Below the pieces are notes generated by a model that was not told the origin of the DNA, ran no database searches, and saw only the letters and a list, made by a program, of their open reading frames with translations. Of a DNA stretch of 64,000 bases, positions 35,378-47,284 are shown one piece after another (within the stretch, counting starts at the first letter, position 1; the number at the start of each line of letters is the position of its first letter). This stretch comes from an uncultured beta proteobacterium (GTDB taxonomy: Bacteria > Pseudomonadota > Gammaproteobacteria > Burkholderiales > SG8-39), in assembly GCA_963719995.1 (NCBI GenBank), contig CAVRDW010000005.1, forward strand, positions 576,100 to 640,099. The letters run 5' to 3'. The position numbers were made by a program, and so were the translations under genes.

Positions 35378-36253
35378 TCAGGTCGGCATCGCCACCTTGA
35401 TGCGCTTCACCTGGTCGCGCGCAAGCGCGCCCGACTGGTAGTCGGCGATCGCCTGCTCGATTTCCTCGCGCGTGTTCATGACGAACGGCCCGTACTGCAC
35501 CACCGGCTCGCGGATGGGCTTGCCGGCGAGGACGAGCACGCGCGCGCCCGTCGCGCCGGCGGTGACGCGAACCGCATCGCCGTCCGAGAGCAGGCCCGCC
35601 GCGCGATGCGGCAATGCCTTGGCATCTTCGCCGATCGACGCTTCGCCTTCGTAGGCATAGAGGAAGGCGTTGTGGCCCGCGGGCAGGCTCGCCTCGAACA
35701 CGGCGCCCGGCGCCAGATGCACGTCCCAGTAGTGCGGTTCGGTCGAGCCGCCGTGCACCGCGCCCTGCGTCTCGGCGAAGCGGCCAGCGATGACCTTGAC
35801 CTCGCCGCCCTGCACGCGCACCACGGGAATGTCCCCGGCAGGGATGTCGCGGTAGGCCGGCGCCTTCATCTTCTCCTTCGCCGGCAGGTTCAGCCAGAGC
35901 TGGAATCCGCGCATGCGGCCCTCGCTCTGCTGCGGCATCTCGGAGTGAATCAAGCCGCGCGCCGCGGTCATCCACTGCACGTCGCCGGGCCCGAGGTCGC
36001 CGGTGTTGCCGCCGCTGTCCTTGTGCTGCATGTGGCCATCGAGCATGTAGGTCACGGTCTCGAAGCCGCGGTGCGGATGCGAGGGAAACCCGGCGAGATA
36101 ATCCTCCGGATCGTCCGAGTAGAACTCATCCAGCATCAGGAACGGGTCGTGCCGCGCGAGCTGGCTCGCGCCGAGCGAGCGGCGCAGCTTCACCCCTGCC
36201 CCATCCGAAGCCGGGATGGAGGGAATGACCCTTTGCAATGTACGGGTAGTCAT
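35378..36253 (-). CDS. pirin family protein
   Basis: Met 97 of ORF 35378..36541. Cupin metal motif HPHRGFETVTYMLDG...H and C-terminal YGPFVMNTREEIEQA. Confidence 0.9.
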   Translation of the reverse strand: MTTRTLQRVIPSIPASDGAGVKLRRSLGASQLARHDPFLMLDEFYSDDPEDYLAGFPSHPHRGFETVTYMLDGHMQHKDSGGNTGDLGPGDVQWMTAARGLIHSEMPQQSEGRMRGFQLWLNLPAKEKMKAPAYRDIPAGDIPVVRVQGGEVKVIAGRFAETQGAVHGGSTEPHYWDVHLAPGAVFEASLPAGHNAFLYAYEGEASIGEDAKALPHRAAGLLSDGDAVRVTAGATGARVLVLAGKPIREPVVQYGPFVMNTREEIEQAIADYQSGALARDQVKRIKVAMPT

Positions 36254-36266
36254 GGCTTGTCCTTTC

Positions 36267-36875
36267 CTAAGCTGCGATTCTTTCCGGCTGCACGAGGTTC
36301 CGCAATACGCGCTGCGCGCTCGCGAGCGCTTCGGTCCTGGACGCCTCGCTGATCGCCAGGCCTTCGGCGAAGACGAACTGCACGTCCGCGATACCCACGA
36401 ACGCCAGGAAGTCGCGTACGTAGGCGGTCTGGGTGTCGCGCGGCGTGCCCTGGTAGAGGCCGCCACGCGCGGCGAAGACGTAGGCCTTCTTGCCAGTGAG
36501 GAGGCCCACCGCGCCCTTCTCCGTGTACTTGAAGGTGACACCCGCGCGTGCCACGTGGTCGAAATACGCCTTGAGCTGCGAAGGAATGCCGAAGTTGTAC
36601 ATCGGCAGGCCGATCACGATGGTGTCGGCCTCGCGCAACTCCGCGACCAGCGCGTCGGATTCCTGGAGCACCCGCTGCTGCGCGGGCGAGCGGTTCTCCG
36701 GCTTGGAGAGAAAGGCGCCGAAGCGCTCCGCGTCCAGGTGCGGCAGCGGGCTCTTCGAGAGGTCGCGCCGCAGGACGCGGGCCGCCGGAAACTGGGCGAC
36801 AAACTGCTCCGCGAGCCGGCTCGACTGGCCGCCCTCGCCGAAGATGCTGGAGTTGAGGTGCAGGATGGTGTTCAT
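36267..36875 (-). CDS. azoR: FMN-dependent NADH-azoreductase
   Basis: Met 13 of ORF 36267..36911 gives MNTILHLNSSIFGEGGQSSRLAEQFV, plus IVIGLPMYNFGIPSQLKAYFDHV. Confidence 0.9.
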   Translation of the reverse strand: MNTILHLNSSIFGEGGQSSRLAEQFVAQFPAARVLRRDLSKSPLPHLDAERFGAFLSKPENRSPAQQRVLQESDALVAELREADTIVIGLPMYNFGIPSQLKAYFDHVARAGVTFKYTEKGAVGLLTGKKAYVFAARGGLYQGTPRDTQTAYVRDFLAFVGIADVQFVFAEGLAISEASRTEALASAQRVLRNLVQPERIAA

Positions 36876-36979
36876 GTAGGGGCTCCTAGGTGCAGGTTGG
36901 TGTGGAGCCATTCTTGTATTGATAGGTTAGATTGAAAAGCGCAAAATATCGCTATTATTAATCTAATTAGTGGATAAAA
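36876..36979. promoter_or_regulatory. AT-rich divergent azoR/LysR intergenic region with an ATTA-N3-TAAT dyad (candidate LysR operator and promoters)
   Basis: A strikingly AT-rich ~100 bp stretch in a GC-rich genome, with the dyad ATTAATCTAAT at 36957..36967. Confidence 0.45.
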
Positions 36980-37885
36980 TTGCCTAACCCAAAGATCACG
37001 CTGGACCAGTGGAACGTCCTCGTTTCAGTAGTCGATTCAGGCGGTTACGCGAAGGCGGCGGAGCGTATTCACAAGAGTCAGTCCACGCTCACATACGCCA
37101 TCAAGAAACTGGAGTTCCTGCTTGGGGTCAAGGTGTTCGAGCTGCGCGGCAGGAAGGCCGTGCTCACATCCACCGGCGAGATCCTCTACCGGCGCGGCAA
37201 GGCGATGCTCGAGGAGGCCGCGCGCCTGGAGCACGCGGCGGGAGAGCTCGCCAAGGGCTGGGAGCCCGAGATCCGCGTCGCGGTCGACATCATGTTTCCG
37301 ACCTGGTTGCTCCTGAAGTGCTTCGGCGAGTTCTGTGCCGAGCGCCCCGGGACGCACATCGAGCTCTACGAGACGGTGCTCGGCGGCACCGAGGAGGCGC
37401 TTGCCGCGCGGCGCGTCGAGTTCGCCATCGGCACGAGCGTGCCGCAGGGCTTCGTCGGCGACGTGCTCATGCCGGTGCGCACGGTCTGCATGGCGGCGCC
37501 CACCCATCCTTTGCACCAGCTTGGACGCGAGCTGACGCTCGAGGACCTGCGCAAGCACCGGCACATCGTCATCCGCGACTCGGGGGAGCAGCGTGCGCGC
37601 GCGGCCGGGTGGCTGAATGAACTGCGCCTGACGGTCTCCAACAAGGCGACTTCGATCCACGCCGCGGCCACCGGCATGGGCTACGCGTGGTATCCGGAGG
37701 ACAGCGTGCGCGGGGAACTGGAACGCGGGGCACTCAAGCCCCTGCCCTTGCGTGAAGGCGCGGAGAAATCGGGGACCCTCTACCTGATCTTCGCCGACCG
37801 CGAGGCGGCGGGGCCCGGCACGCTGCGCCTCGCGCAACTCATCCGCGAGGGCGTGGCGCGGGAATGCAAGGCGCGCAACGCCTGA
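36980..37885 (+). CDS. LysR-family transcriptional regulator
   Basis: N-terminal wHTH LDQWNVLVSVVDSGGYAKAAERIHKSQSTLTYAIKKLE, 301 aa, TTG start, divergent from azoR-pirin. Confidence 0.9.
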   Translation: MPNPKITLDQWNVLVSVVDSGGYAKAAERIHKSQSTLTYAIKKLEFLLGVKVFELRGRKAVLTSTGEILYRRGKAMLEEAARLEHAAGELAKGWEPEIRVAVDIMFPTWLLLKCFGEFCAERPGTHIELYETVLGGTEEALAARRVEFAIGTSVPQGFVGDVLMPVRTVCMAAPTHPLHQLGRELTLEDLRKHRHIVIRDSGEQRARAAGWLNELRLTVSNKATSIHAAATGMGYAWYPEDSVRGELERGALKPLPLREGAEKSGTLYLIFADREAAGPGTLRLAQLIREGVARECKARNA

Positions 37886-37937
37886 TCGCGCCAGAGGGCC
37901 CATGGCCCGCCCTGCCCGCGTGGGGGCCTGTGCGGGC

Positions 37938-37991
37938 CTAGGGTGCCTCTGATGTATTCCCGCGTGCGCGAATAGATCAGAGGCTCCCTAG
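37938..37991. mobile_element. 54-bp mini-copy of the MITE (both terminal inverted repeats, core deleted); forms a near-perfect hairpin
   Basis: CTAGGGTGCCTCTGATGTATTCCCGCGTGCGCG is joined directly to CGCGAATAGATCAGAGGCTCCCTAG. The same CCCGCGTGCGCGA junction text appears at the left end of copy A. Confidence 0.75.
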
Positions 37992-38875
37992 CGCCGGCAG
38001 AACTGCTCGGCGCTGCGCACGCTCTCGGCGCCCTTCTCGAAGTGGTCTTCCCACCAGAGGATGTCCTGCGTCACGACGTGCTCGCCCTCCAGGCGGTGCA
38101 CGCGCAGCAGGCGGCTGTCGTCGCGGTACTCGAGCGGCTCGACATTGCAGGGGAGGTTGCGGTGCACGGGCTGCAGCTCCTTCTCGTCCACCCAGGTGAT
38201 GCGCCCGGTCGGCAGGTCGACGAGCGCCCAGCGCTCGCAGCTCCTGCCGCACTCCCAGCGCGCCACGACCGCGCGGCCGGCGAAGTTCGGCCCGCGCGTC
38301 ACCGCGCGCTCGATGAGTCCCCGGGCGCGCCGCACCGCCGCGTCGGCGCCGCTGAAATTCGGCGGCCGCGTCGCCGGCAGCGGGCTGGTGTCCGCGGGGT
38401 AGGCCTCGAAACCTGCGCCCTGCACGCGCGGCGCCTCGCGGACCGCGAGATTGAGCGTCGCCATCAACGCATCCGGCATGTGCCAGTCGTCGATGTCGAT
38501 GTGTTCGAGCCGGTCGGCCTCATCGACGCGGACTTGCGCGAGCGGTCCCGTGCGGCATCTGCCGGCCTGCAGCTTTGCCTGGTCGCGGCCGCAAACCGAG
38601 TAGGCGGTGTGAGCGCCGCGCAACGCCTCCTTCCCCGGTGGCGCCGCGATGCCGATCGGGATGGCGAAGACCACGTAGCGGCCGGCGGGCACCTCCAGGC
38701 GGTAGCGCGCCTCCCCGGGCTTTGTCTCCGCGTGGATCGTGCCCCCTGCACTGTTGCGCGCGACGACGATCATGGCGGGCAGCGTCTCGCCCGGATAGCT
38801 GAGGCGCCCGCCGATGGTGGCTGCGGGCAGCGCGCCGCTGCAAAGCAGCGCGGCTGCCGCCAACAGCGCGCGCAT
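37988..38875 (-). CDS. hypothetical secreted protein
   Basis: Signal peptide MRALLAAAALLCSGALPAA, 295 aa, high GC3, no motif recognised. The TAG stop lies inside the terminal CTAG of the mini-MITE. Confidence 0.6.
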   Translation of the reverse strand: MRALLAAAALLCSGALPAATIGGRLSYPGETLPAMIVVARNSAGGTIHAETKPGEARYRLEVPAGRYVVFAIPIGIAAPPGKEALRGAHTAYSVCGRDQAKLQAGRCRTGPLAQVRVDEADRLEHIDIDDWHMPDALMATLNLAVREAPRVQGAGFEAYPADTSPLPATRPPNFSGADAAVRRARGLIERAVTRGPNFAGRAVVARWECGRSCERWALVDLPTGRITWVDEKELQPVHRNLPCNVEPLEYRDDSRLLRVHRLEGEHVVTQDILWWEDHFEKGAESVRSAEQFCRR

Positions 38876-38887
38876 TACACTGCCCCC

Positions 38888-39982
38888 ATGGATGCCTCAC
38901 CGCGCAAGATCATTCACCTCGACATGGATGCATTCTACGCATCGGTCGAGCAGCGCGACGACCCCTCCCTCAGGGGCAAGCCGGTGGCGGTGGGCGGCTC
39001 GCCGCAGGGCCGCGGCGTGGTCGCCGCGTGCAGCTACGAGGCACGCAAGTTCGGCGTGCGCTCGGCGATGCCGATGGCGCGCGCGCTGCGCCAGTGCCCG
39101 GAGCTGGCCATCGTGCGCCCGGACTTCGCCAAGTACCGCGAGGTCTCGCAGCAGGTGATGGCCATCCTGCGCTCGGTCACGCCGCTCGTGGAGCCGCTCT
39201 CGCTCGACGAGGCCTACCTGGATGTCACCGAGAATTCGCTGCGCGAGCCGCTCGCGATGGAGGTGGCGAAGTACCTGAAGCGCCGCATCCTCGAGAAGAC
39301 TTCGCTCACCGCCTCCGCCGGCGTCGCGCCGAACAAGTTCCTCGCCAAGATCGCCTCGGGCTGGAAGAAGCCCGATGGGCTCACCGTGATCGCGCCCGAG
39401 CGCGTGGAAGCCTTCCTGCAGAAGCTGCCGGTGGAGGCGCTCTGGGGCGTGGGGCCGGTGACGGCGAAGAAGCTGCGCGCGATCGGCATCGAGAAGCTCG
39501 TGGACGTGCGCGCGGCGGACGAGGAAAAGCTGCGGCGCGCGGTGGGCAGCCTCGCCGAGTGGCTGCAGCGTCTCTCGCGCGGCGACGATCCACGCAAGGT
39601 CACGCCCGACCGGCCGTGGAAATCGATCTCGGCGGAGGACACTTATCCCGAGGACCTCACCGACGTGAAGGAGATGCGAGCGGAAATCGAGCGGTTGGCC
39701 AAGCGCGTCGCCGGCTCGGTCACGAAGAAGGGCCTCGTCGCGCGCACCGTCACCATCAAGGTGCGCTACGCCAATTTCACCACCGTGACGCGCAGCCACA
39801 CCGACGATGCGCCCACCGCAGATGCGAAGCGCATCGCCGAACGCGCGCTCGCGCTGCTTGCGCGCACCGATGCCGGAAAGCGCCCCGTGCGCCTGCTCGG
39901 GGTCGGCGTGCACGGCCTGGCAGCCGTGGGCGGCCGGCCGCTGCCGTCCGTGGCCGCGTTGCCGTTCGACGGCGTGGCCTAG
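38888..39982 (+). CDS. dinB: DNA polymerase IV (Y-family)
   Basis: KIIHLDMDAFYASVEQRDDPSLRGKPVAVGG, SYEARKFGVRSAMP and SLDEAYLDVT motifs; 364 aa. Confidence 0.95.
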   Translation: MDASPRKIIHLDMDAFYASVEQRDDPSLRGKPVAVGGSPQGRGVVAACSYEARKFGVRSAMPMARALRQCPELAIVRPDFAKYREVSQQVMAILRSVTPLVEPLSLDEAYLDVTENSLREPLAMEVAKYLKRRILEKTSLTASAGVAPNKFLAKIASGWKKPDGLTVIAPERVEAFLQKLPVEALWGVGPVTAKKLRAIGIEKLVDVRAADEEKLRRAVGSLAEWLQRLSRGDDPRKVTPDRPWKSISAEDTYPEDLTDVKEMRAEIERLAKRVAGSVTKKGLVARTVTIKVRYANFTTVTRSHTDDAPTADAKRIAERALALLARTDAGKRPVRLLGVGVHGLAAVGGRPLPSVAALPFDGVA

Positions 39983-40031
39983 ACGTTTGTTTTGCAGCGC
40001 GGCATTTCTCCAATGTCAGCGCCGCGCAAAC

Positions 40032-40045
40032 TTGATTTGCGTCAA
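40032..40045 (+). promoter_or_regulatory. Crp/Fnr-family-like box TTGAT-N4-GTCAA upstream of coxM
   Basis: A 9/10 match to TTGAT-N4-ATCAA, centred ~64 nt upstream of the coxM ATG. It is embedded in the dyad CGCAAACTTGATTTGCG. TGATTTGCG is repeated at 40067..40075. Confidence 0.35.
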
Positions 40046-40101
40046 CGAGGCGGACTCTTTGTGCGATGATTTGCGCGCAACTAGAGGAGGAGAGACTCGC
40101 A

Positions 40102-40968
40102 ATGATTCCAGCCGCATTTGATTACCATGCGCCCCGTTCGGTCGCCGATGCGATCAAGCTGCTCGGCCAGCTCGGCCCCGATGCCAAGCTGCTCGCCGGC
40201 GGCCACAGCCTGCTGCCGATGATGAAGCTGCGCTTTGCGCAGCCCGCCCACCTCATCGACCTCGGCCGCATCGCCGAGCTGCGCGGCATCTCGCAGGCGG
40301 GCAACGAAATCCGCATCGGCGCCATGACCACCGAGCACGACCTGCTCAACTCGAAGCTGCTGGCCGAGAAGGCGCCGCTGCTGGTCGAGGGCGCCGCCTG
40401 GATCGCCGATCCGCAGGTGCGCTACAAGGGAACCATCGGCGGCGACATCTCGCACGGCGATCCGGGCAACGACCACCCGGCGCTGATGATCGCCCTGGAT
40501 GCGTCCTTCGTGCTGACGGGCCCGAAGGGCGAGCGCGTCGTCAGGGCCGACGGCTATTTCCTCGGCCTGTATTCGACGCAGCTGGCGGCCGACGAGGTCC
40601 TCACGCAGATCCGCATCCCGGTTCCGCCCGCGGGCAGCGGCTGGTCCTACCAGAAGCTCAAGCGCAAGACCGGCGATTTCGCCACCGCCGCGACCGCGGT
40701 GATGCTGCAGATGAAGGGCAGGAGCGTCGCCAAGGCGGCGATTGCCCTCACCAACGCCGGGCCGACCGTACTCAAGGTGCGCGACGCCGAAGCGTATCTC
40801 GCCGGCAAGGAACTCAACGACGCCAGCCTGAACGAGGCGGCGCGCCTGGCGATGAAGATCTGCAATCCGACACCGGACCAGCGCGGCGATGCCGACTACA
40901 AGCGGGCGATGTGCGGCGAGATGACGCGGCGCGCCCTGCAGGCCGCGCACGCGCGCGCCAAGGGCTGA
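40102..40968 (+). CDS. coxM: CO dehydrogenase-type FAD-binding medium subunit
   Basis: [33 protein letters not shown]...[15 protein letters not shown]; 288 aa; first gene in M-S-L order. Confidence 0.85.
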   Translation: MIPAAFDYHAPRSVADAIKLLGQLGPDAKLLAGGHSLLPMMKLRFAQPAHLIDLGRIAELRGISQAGNEIRIGAMTTEHDLLNSKLLAEKAPLLVEGAAWIADPQVRYKGTIGGDISHGDPGNDHPALMIALDASFVLTGPKGERVVRADGYFLGLYSTQLAADEVLTQIRIPVPPAGSGWSYQKLKRKTGDFATAATAVMLQMKGRSVAKAAIALTNAGPTVLKVRDAEAYLAGKELNDASLNEAARLAMKICNPTPDQRGDADYKRAMCGEMTRRALQAAHARAKG

Positions 40969-40993
40969 GAGAGGAATCGGGGGAGCGACGAAC

Positions 40994-41476
40994 ATGGCGA
41001 CTACACACAAGGTGTCATTCAAGCTCAACGGCAAGCCGGTGGAGGCGACGGTCGAGGCCCGCGAGCTGCTGATCTACACGCTGCGCGAGAAGCTCGCGCA
41101 TACCGGGCCTCACATCGGCTGCGAGACCTCGCATTGCGGCGCCTGCACGGTGGATCTCAACGGCATGTCGGTCAAGTCCTGCACCGTCCTGACGGTGCAA
41201 TGCGAGGGCGCCGAGATGACCACCATCGAAGGCATGGAACAGGGCGGCGCGCTGCATGCGCTGCAGCAGGCATTTCACGAGGAGCACGGCCTGCAGTGCG
41301 GCTACTGCACGCCCGGCATGATCACGCGCGCCTACCGCCTGCTGAAGGAGAACCCGAATCCGAGCGAGCAGGACATCCGCAAGGGCATCGCCGGCAACCT
41401 GTGCCGCTGCACGGGTTACCAGAACATCGTCAAGGCGGTGCAATCCGCGGCGAAGAAGCTCGCGGCCGCGCGCTAA
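40994..41476 (+). CDS. coxS: CO dehydrogenase-type [2Fe-2S] small subunit
   Basis: [11 protein letters not shown] and CGYCTPGM...CRCTGY cluster motifs; 160 aa. Confidence 0.9.
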   Translation: MATTHKVSFKLNGKPVEATVEARELLIYTLREKLAHTGPHIGCETSHCGACTVDLNGMSVKSCTVLTVQCEGAEMTTIEGMEQGGALHALQQAFHEEHGLQCGYCTPGMITRAYRLLKENPNPSEQDIRKGIAGNLCRCTGYQNIVKAVQSAAKKLAAAR

Positions 41477-41502
41477 CTCACAAGACCCACCGGAGAATCC
41501 TC

Positions 41503-43917
<2,415 letters not shown>

Positions 43918-43941
43918 GCCAGGGAGAATGACGGCGCGGCG

Positions 43942-44526
43942 ATGAAGGTCCAGCTCAACCGGACATTTCCGCTGCCCGGCTCGGCCGATGCGGCCTGGGC
44001 GCAGCTGCAGGACATCGCCGCCGTCGCCGCTTGCATGCCCGGGGCGAAGATCACCGAGCGCGTGGACGAGACGCACTACAAGGGCACGGTCAGCGTGAAG
44101 GTCGGACCCGCGAGCCTCTCGTTCCGCGGCGACATCGAAGTCAAGAGCGTCGATGCGTCCGCGCGCACGCTGCGCCTGTTCTCCAAGGGCACCGACACGA
44201 CCGGCGGCTCGGCCGCGTCCATGGACCTGACGGCGCGCATCGATCCGGCCGGCGCGAACGCGTGCACCCTGGTCGGCGAAAGCGAGGTGTCCATGAGCGG
44301 CAAGGCCGCGGCCTTCGGCTCGCGCCTGATGGGACCGGTGTCCGACCAGGTGATCAGCCAGTTTGCGGCCAACTTCGCCGCGCGCCTGCAGGCGATGCCC
44401 GCGCAGGGCGCCCCGGCGCAGGCGCAAGCCGCCGCCGCGCCGGCGCCCGAGGCAAGGCCGCTGAACGCGCTGAGCCTGATGTGGGCCGTCGTCAAGGGCT
44501 GGTTCCGCTCGGTGTTCGCAAAGTGA
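43942..44526 (+). CDS. coxG: CoxG-like SRPBCC-family protein
   Basis: MKVQLNRTFPLPGSADAAWAQLQDIAAVAACMPGAKI...YKGTVSVKVGPASLSFRG, located after coxL. Confidence 0.8.
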   Translation: MKVQLNRTFPLPGSADAAWAQLQDIAAVAACMPGAKITERVDETHYKGTVSVKVGPASLSFRGDIEVKSVDASARTLRLFSKGTDTTGGSAASMDLTARIDPAGANACTLVGESEVSMSGKAAAFGSRLMGPVSDQVISQFAANFAARLQAMPAQGAPAQAQAAAAPAPEARPLNALSLMWAVVKGWFRSVFAK

Positions 44527-44539
44527 TGAGCGCGAAGAC

Positions 44540-45445
44540 ATGAGCTCGCAGCGCGCACTCGATATCGCCGGCTTGCAGCGGGAACTGGCGCGCGCCGGCT
44601 ACATCGCCGAGCCCAGCCTCGCGGCGGCGCTGCTGCTCATGCGCGATCTGGCCCGCCCGCTGCTGCTCGAGGGCGACGCCGGCGTGGGCAAGACGGAGGT
44701 CGCCAAGGTGCTCGCCGAGATCAACCGCACGCGGCTGATCCGGCTGCAGTGCTACGAAGGCCTCGACGCGCATGCCGCGATGTACGAGTGGAACTACCAG
44801 CGCCAGCTGCTGGCGATCAAGCTGCTCGAGCACGACGAGCACGCAGGCGCGAAGGACCTCGCGCAGCGCGAGCAGGACATCTTCTCGGAGCGCTACCTGC
44901 TCAAGCGCCCGCTGCTCGAGGCGATCTCGGGCGAGCGTCCGCCGGTGCTGTTGATCGACGAGATCGACCGCGCCGACGCGGCCTTCGAGGCGTACCTGCT
45001 CGAGCTGCTGTCGGACTTCCAGATCACGATTCCCGAGTTGGGCACCGTGCGCGCCACCAGCCGTCCGCTGGTGGTGATCACCTCCAACGGCACGCGCGAG
45101 CTGTCCGACGCGCTGCGGCGGCGCTGCCTGTACCAGTACATCGACTATCCCGATTACGAGAAGGAGCTCGCCATCGTGCGCCAGAAGGCGCCGGAGGCCG
45201 AGGCGAAGCTGGCGCAGCAGATCGTCGCCTTCGTGCAGGGCGTGCGGCGCATGGAACTGCAGAAGAAGCCCGGCGTCGCGGAGACGCTGGACTGGACCGC
45301 CGCGCTGCTGCGCCTGGGATTCACGACCATCGACATCAACGGCGCCGAGCGCATCATGGACACGCTGAGCGCCCTGATCAAGACGCGCGACGACCGCGTG
45401 GCCTTCCCCCGCGAAGTGGTCGCGCGCCTCGCGGCGGCCAGTTGA
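44540..45445 (+). CDS. coxD: CoxD-like MoxR-family AAA+ ATPase
   Basis: Walker A LLEGDAGVGKTE and Walker B VLLIDEIDRA; 301 aa; located after coxG. Confidence 0.85.
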   Translation: MSSQRALDIAGLQRELARAGYIAEPSLAAALLLMRDLARPLLLEGDAGVGKTEVAKVLAEINRTRLIRLQCYEGLDAHAAMYEWNYQRQLLAIKLLEHDEHAGAKDLAQREQDIFSERYLLKRPLLEAISGERPPVLLIDEIDRADAAFEAYLLELLSDFQITIPELGTVRATSRPLVVITSNGTRELSDALRRRCLYQYIDYPDYEKELAIVRQKAPEAEAKLAQQIVAFVQGVRRMELQKKPGVAETLDWTAALLRLGFTTIDINGAERIMDTLSALIKTRDDRVAFPREVVARLAAAS

Positions 45446-45447
45446 GC

Positions 45448-46575
45448 ATGGGCGCGGCGCCGCAACTCCGGGCGGCGGACCGCCTCGGAAGGTTTCCAGG
45501 GTTCCTGCGCGCCAACGGCTTCGGCATCGCCGGGGGCGACGCCGTGCAGGCGCTGCGCGCGGCGGAGCGCACCGGCGTGCTCGACCAGGCGGTGCTGCGC
45601 TGGAGCCTCAAGGCGCTGCTGTGCCGCCGCGGCGACGAATGGCGGCGTTTCGACGAATTGTTCGACGCCTGGTTCCTGCCCGCCAATCGCTGGCAGCGGC
45701 CCGAGCGGCGCGAGGCTGCGGACGGCGCGCAAAGCGATGCGCATCCGGGAGGCTCCCGCGAAGGCGAAAGAACCGACGACGAGGACCTGCGCCCGCGCCG
45801 CGCGGCGAGCCGGGAGGAGGTGCTGTCCTCGGCGGACTTCAGCGCGCTCGCGGAGCGCGAGCACGCCCTCGAGATCGAGGCGCTGATGCGGCGCCTCGCG
45901 CGGCAACTGAAGCACATCCGCCTGCGCCGCGAGGCGCGCGCGCGCCGCGGGCGGCGGCTCGACCTTCCGGGAACGATCCGGCGCAGCGTGGCGAGCGGCG
46001 GCACGCCGATTCACCTGCTGTGGCGCAACCAGCGCTCCGAGCGCCCGCGGCTGGTGCTGCTGATCGACGTCAGCCGCTCGATGGTGCTGTACAGCTTCTT
46101 CTACCTGCGGCTGGCGCGCGCCCTCGCCAACGAGCTCGACGACGTGCACAGCTTCATCTTCCACACGCGCGTGACCGCGGTGTCGCAGGCGCTGCACGAT
46201 TCCGACCCCTGGCGCGCGCAGGAGCGGCTGCATCTCATCGCGCAGGGCTGGGCGGGCGGCACGCGCATCGGCGAGAGCCTGGCGCAATTCAACCGCGAGC
46301 ACGCGCCGCGCGTGGTGCATGGGCGCACCGCGGTGCTGATACTCAGCGACGGCTACGATACCGGCGAGCCGCGGGAGCTCTCCGACGCGCTGGCGCAACT
46401 GCGGCGCCGCGCGCGTCGCCTCGTATGGATCAACCCGCTCAGCAATCGCCCGGGCTATGCGCCGACCTGCCAGGGCATGCAGGCCGCCATGCCGCACCTG
46501 GACCTGCTCGCGCCGGGCGGCGACCTGGCGAGCCTGCGCGCGGTGCTGCCGAACCTGATCGAAACCCTGCATTGA
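45448..46575 (+). CDS. coxE: CoxE-like von Willebrand factor A domain protein
   Basis: The internal Met of ORF 44749..46575 lies 3 nt after the coxD stop. LVLLIDVSRSM (MIDAS DxSxS) and VLILSDGYDTGE. Confidence 0.8.
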   Translation: MGAAPQLRAADRLGRFPGFLRANGFGIAGGDAVQALRAAERTGVLDQAVLRWSLKALLCRRGDEWRRFDELFDAWFLPANRWQRPERREAADGAQSDAHPGGSREGERTDDEDLRPRRAASREEVLSSADFSALAEREHALEIEALMRRLARQLKHIRLRREARARRGRRLDLPGTIRRSVASGGTPIHLLWRNQRSERPRLVLLIDVSRSMVLYSFFYLRLARALANELDDVHSFIFHTRVTAVSQALHDSDPWRAQERLHLIAQGWAGGTRIGESLAQFNREHAPRVVHGRTAVLILSDGYDTGEPRELSDALAQLRRRARRLVWINPLSNRPGYAPTCQGMQAAMPHLDLLAPGGDLASLRAVLPNLIETLH

Positions 46576-46588
46576 ACGGAGACTGACC

Positions 46589-47284
46589 ATGGGATGCATG
46601 TACAAGGCGAACGGCCTCTATAGCCGCATGACGGTGGGCGCGGTGCTGCTCGCCGCGGGCGGCGGCTCGCGCATGGGCGGACGTCCGAAGGCGCTGCTGG
46701 AGCTTGGCGGCGTGCCGCTGGTGCTGCGCCAGCTCATCGCGCTCTCGGGTGCGGGGGTCGATGAAGTCGCCGTGGTGCTCGGCCATCATGGCGAGGCCAT
46801 CGAGGCCGCGGTGCGGCCGTTCCCGATCACGCTGGTAAGGAACCCGTCGCCCGACGACGGGCAGGTTTCGTCGGTGCGCCTCGGGCTGGGCGCGCTGTCG
46901 CCGAGGCTCGACGCGGTGATCGTCGCGCTCGCCGATCAGCCGCTGATCGATGCGCAGGACATCGTCGCGCTGATCAGCGCCTACCGGAAGCGCGGCGCGG
47001 CGTCCATGGTGGTGCCGCGGGTGCAGCGCGCCGGCGGCGAGACCGTGCCGGGCAACCCGGTGATGTTCGACGCCGCGCTGCGCGAGGAGTGGCTCGCCGC
47101 CAGCGCGGACCTCGCCTGCCGCAAGTGGCGCGAGAAGAATCCCGCGCGCGTGCACTGGTTCGACACCGACAACCAGCGCTATAGCGTGGACGTCGACACG
47201 CCCGAAGACCTGGAGCGGTTCGCGGCCAGCACCGGGCATCGCCTCGTCTGGCCGGCGGCTTACGCACAAGAAGCGGTTGCATGA
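46589..47284 (+). CDS. MobA/MocA-like nucleotidyltransferase (molybdenum cofactor cytidylyltransferase-type)
   Basis: GAVLLAAGGGSRMGGRPKALLEL and VALADQPLI motifs, with a GGAG RBS before ATG 46589. An alternative start is at 46628. Confidence 0.75.
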   Translation: MGCMYKANGLYSRMTVGAVLLAAGGGSRMGGRPKALLELGGVPLVLRQLIALSGAGVDEVAVVLGHHGEAIEAAVRPFPITLVRNPSPDDGQVSSVRLGLGALSPRLDAVIVALADQPLIDAQDIVALISAYRKRGAASMVVPRVQRAGGETVPGNPVMFDAALREEWLAASADLACRKWREKNPARVHWFDTDNQRYSVDVDTPEDLERFAASTGHRLVWPAAYAQEAVA

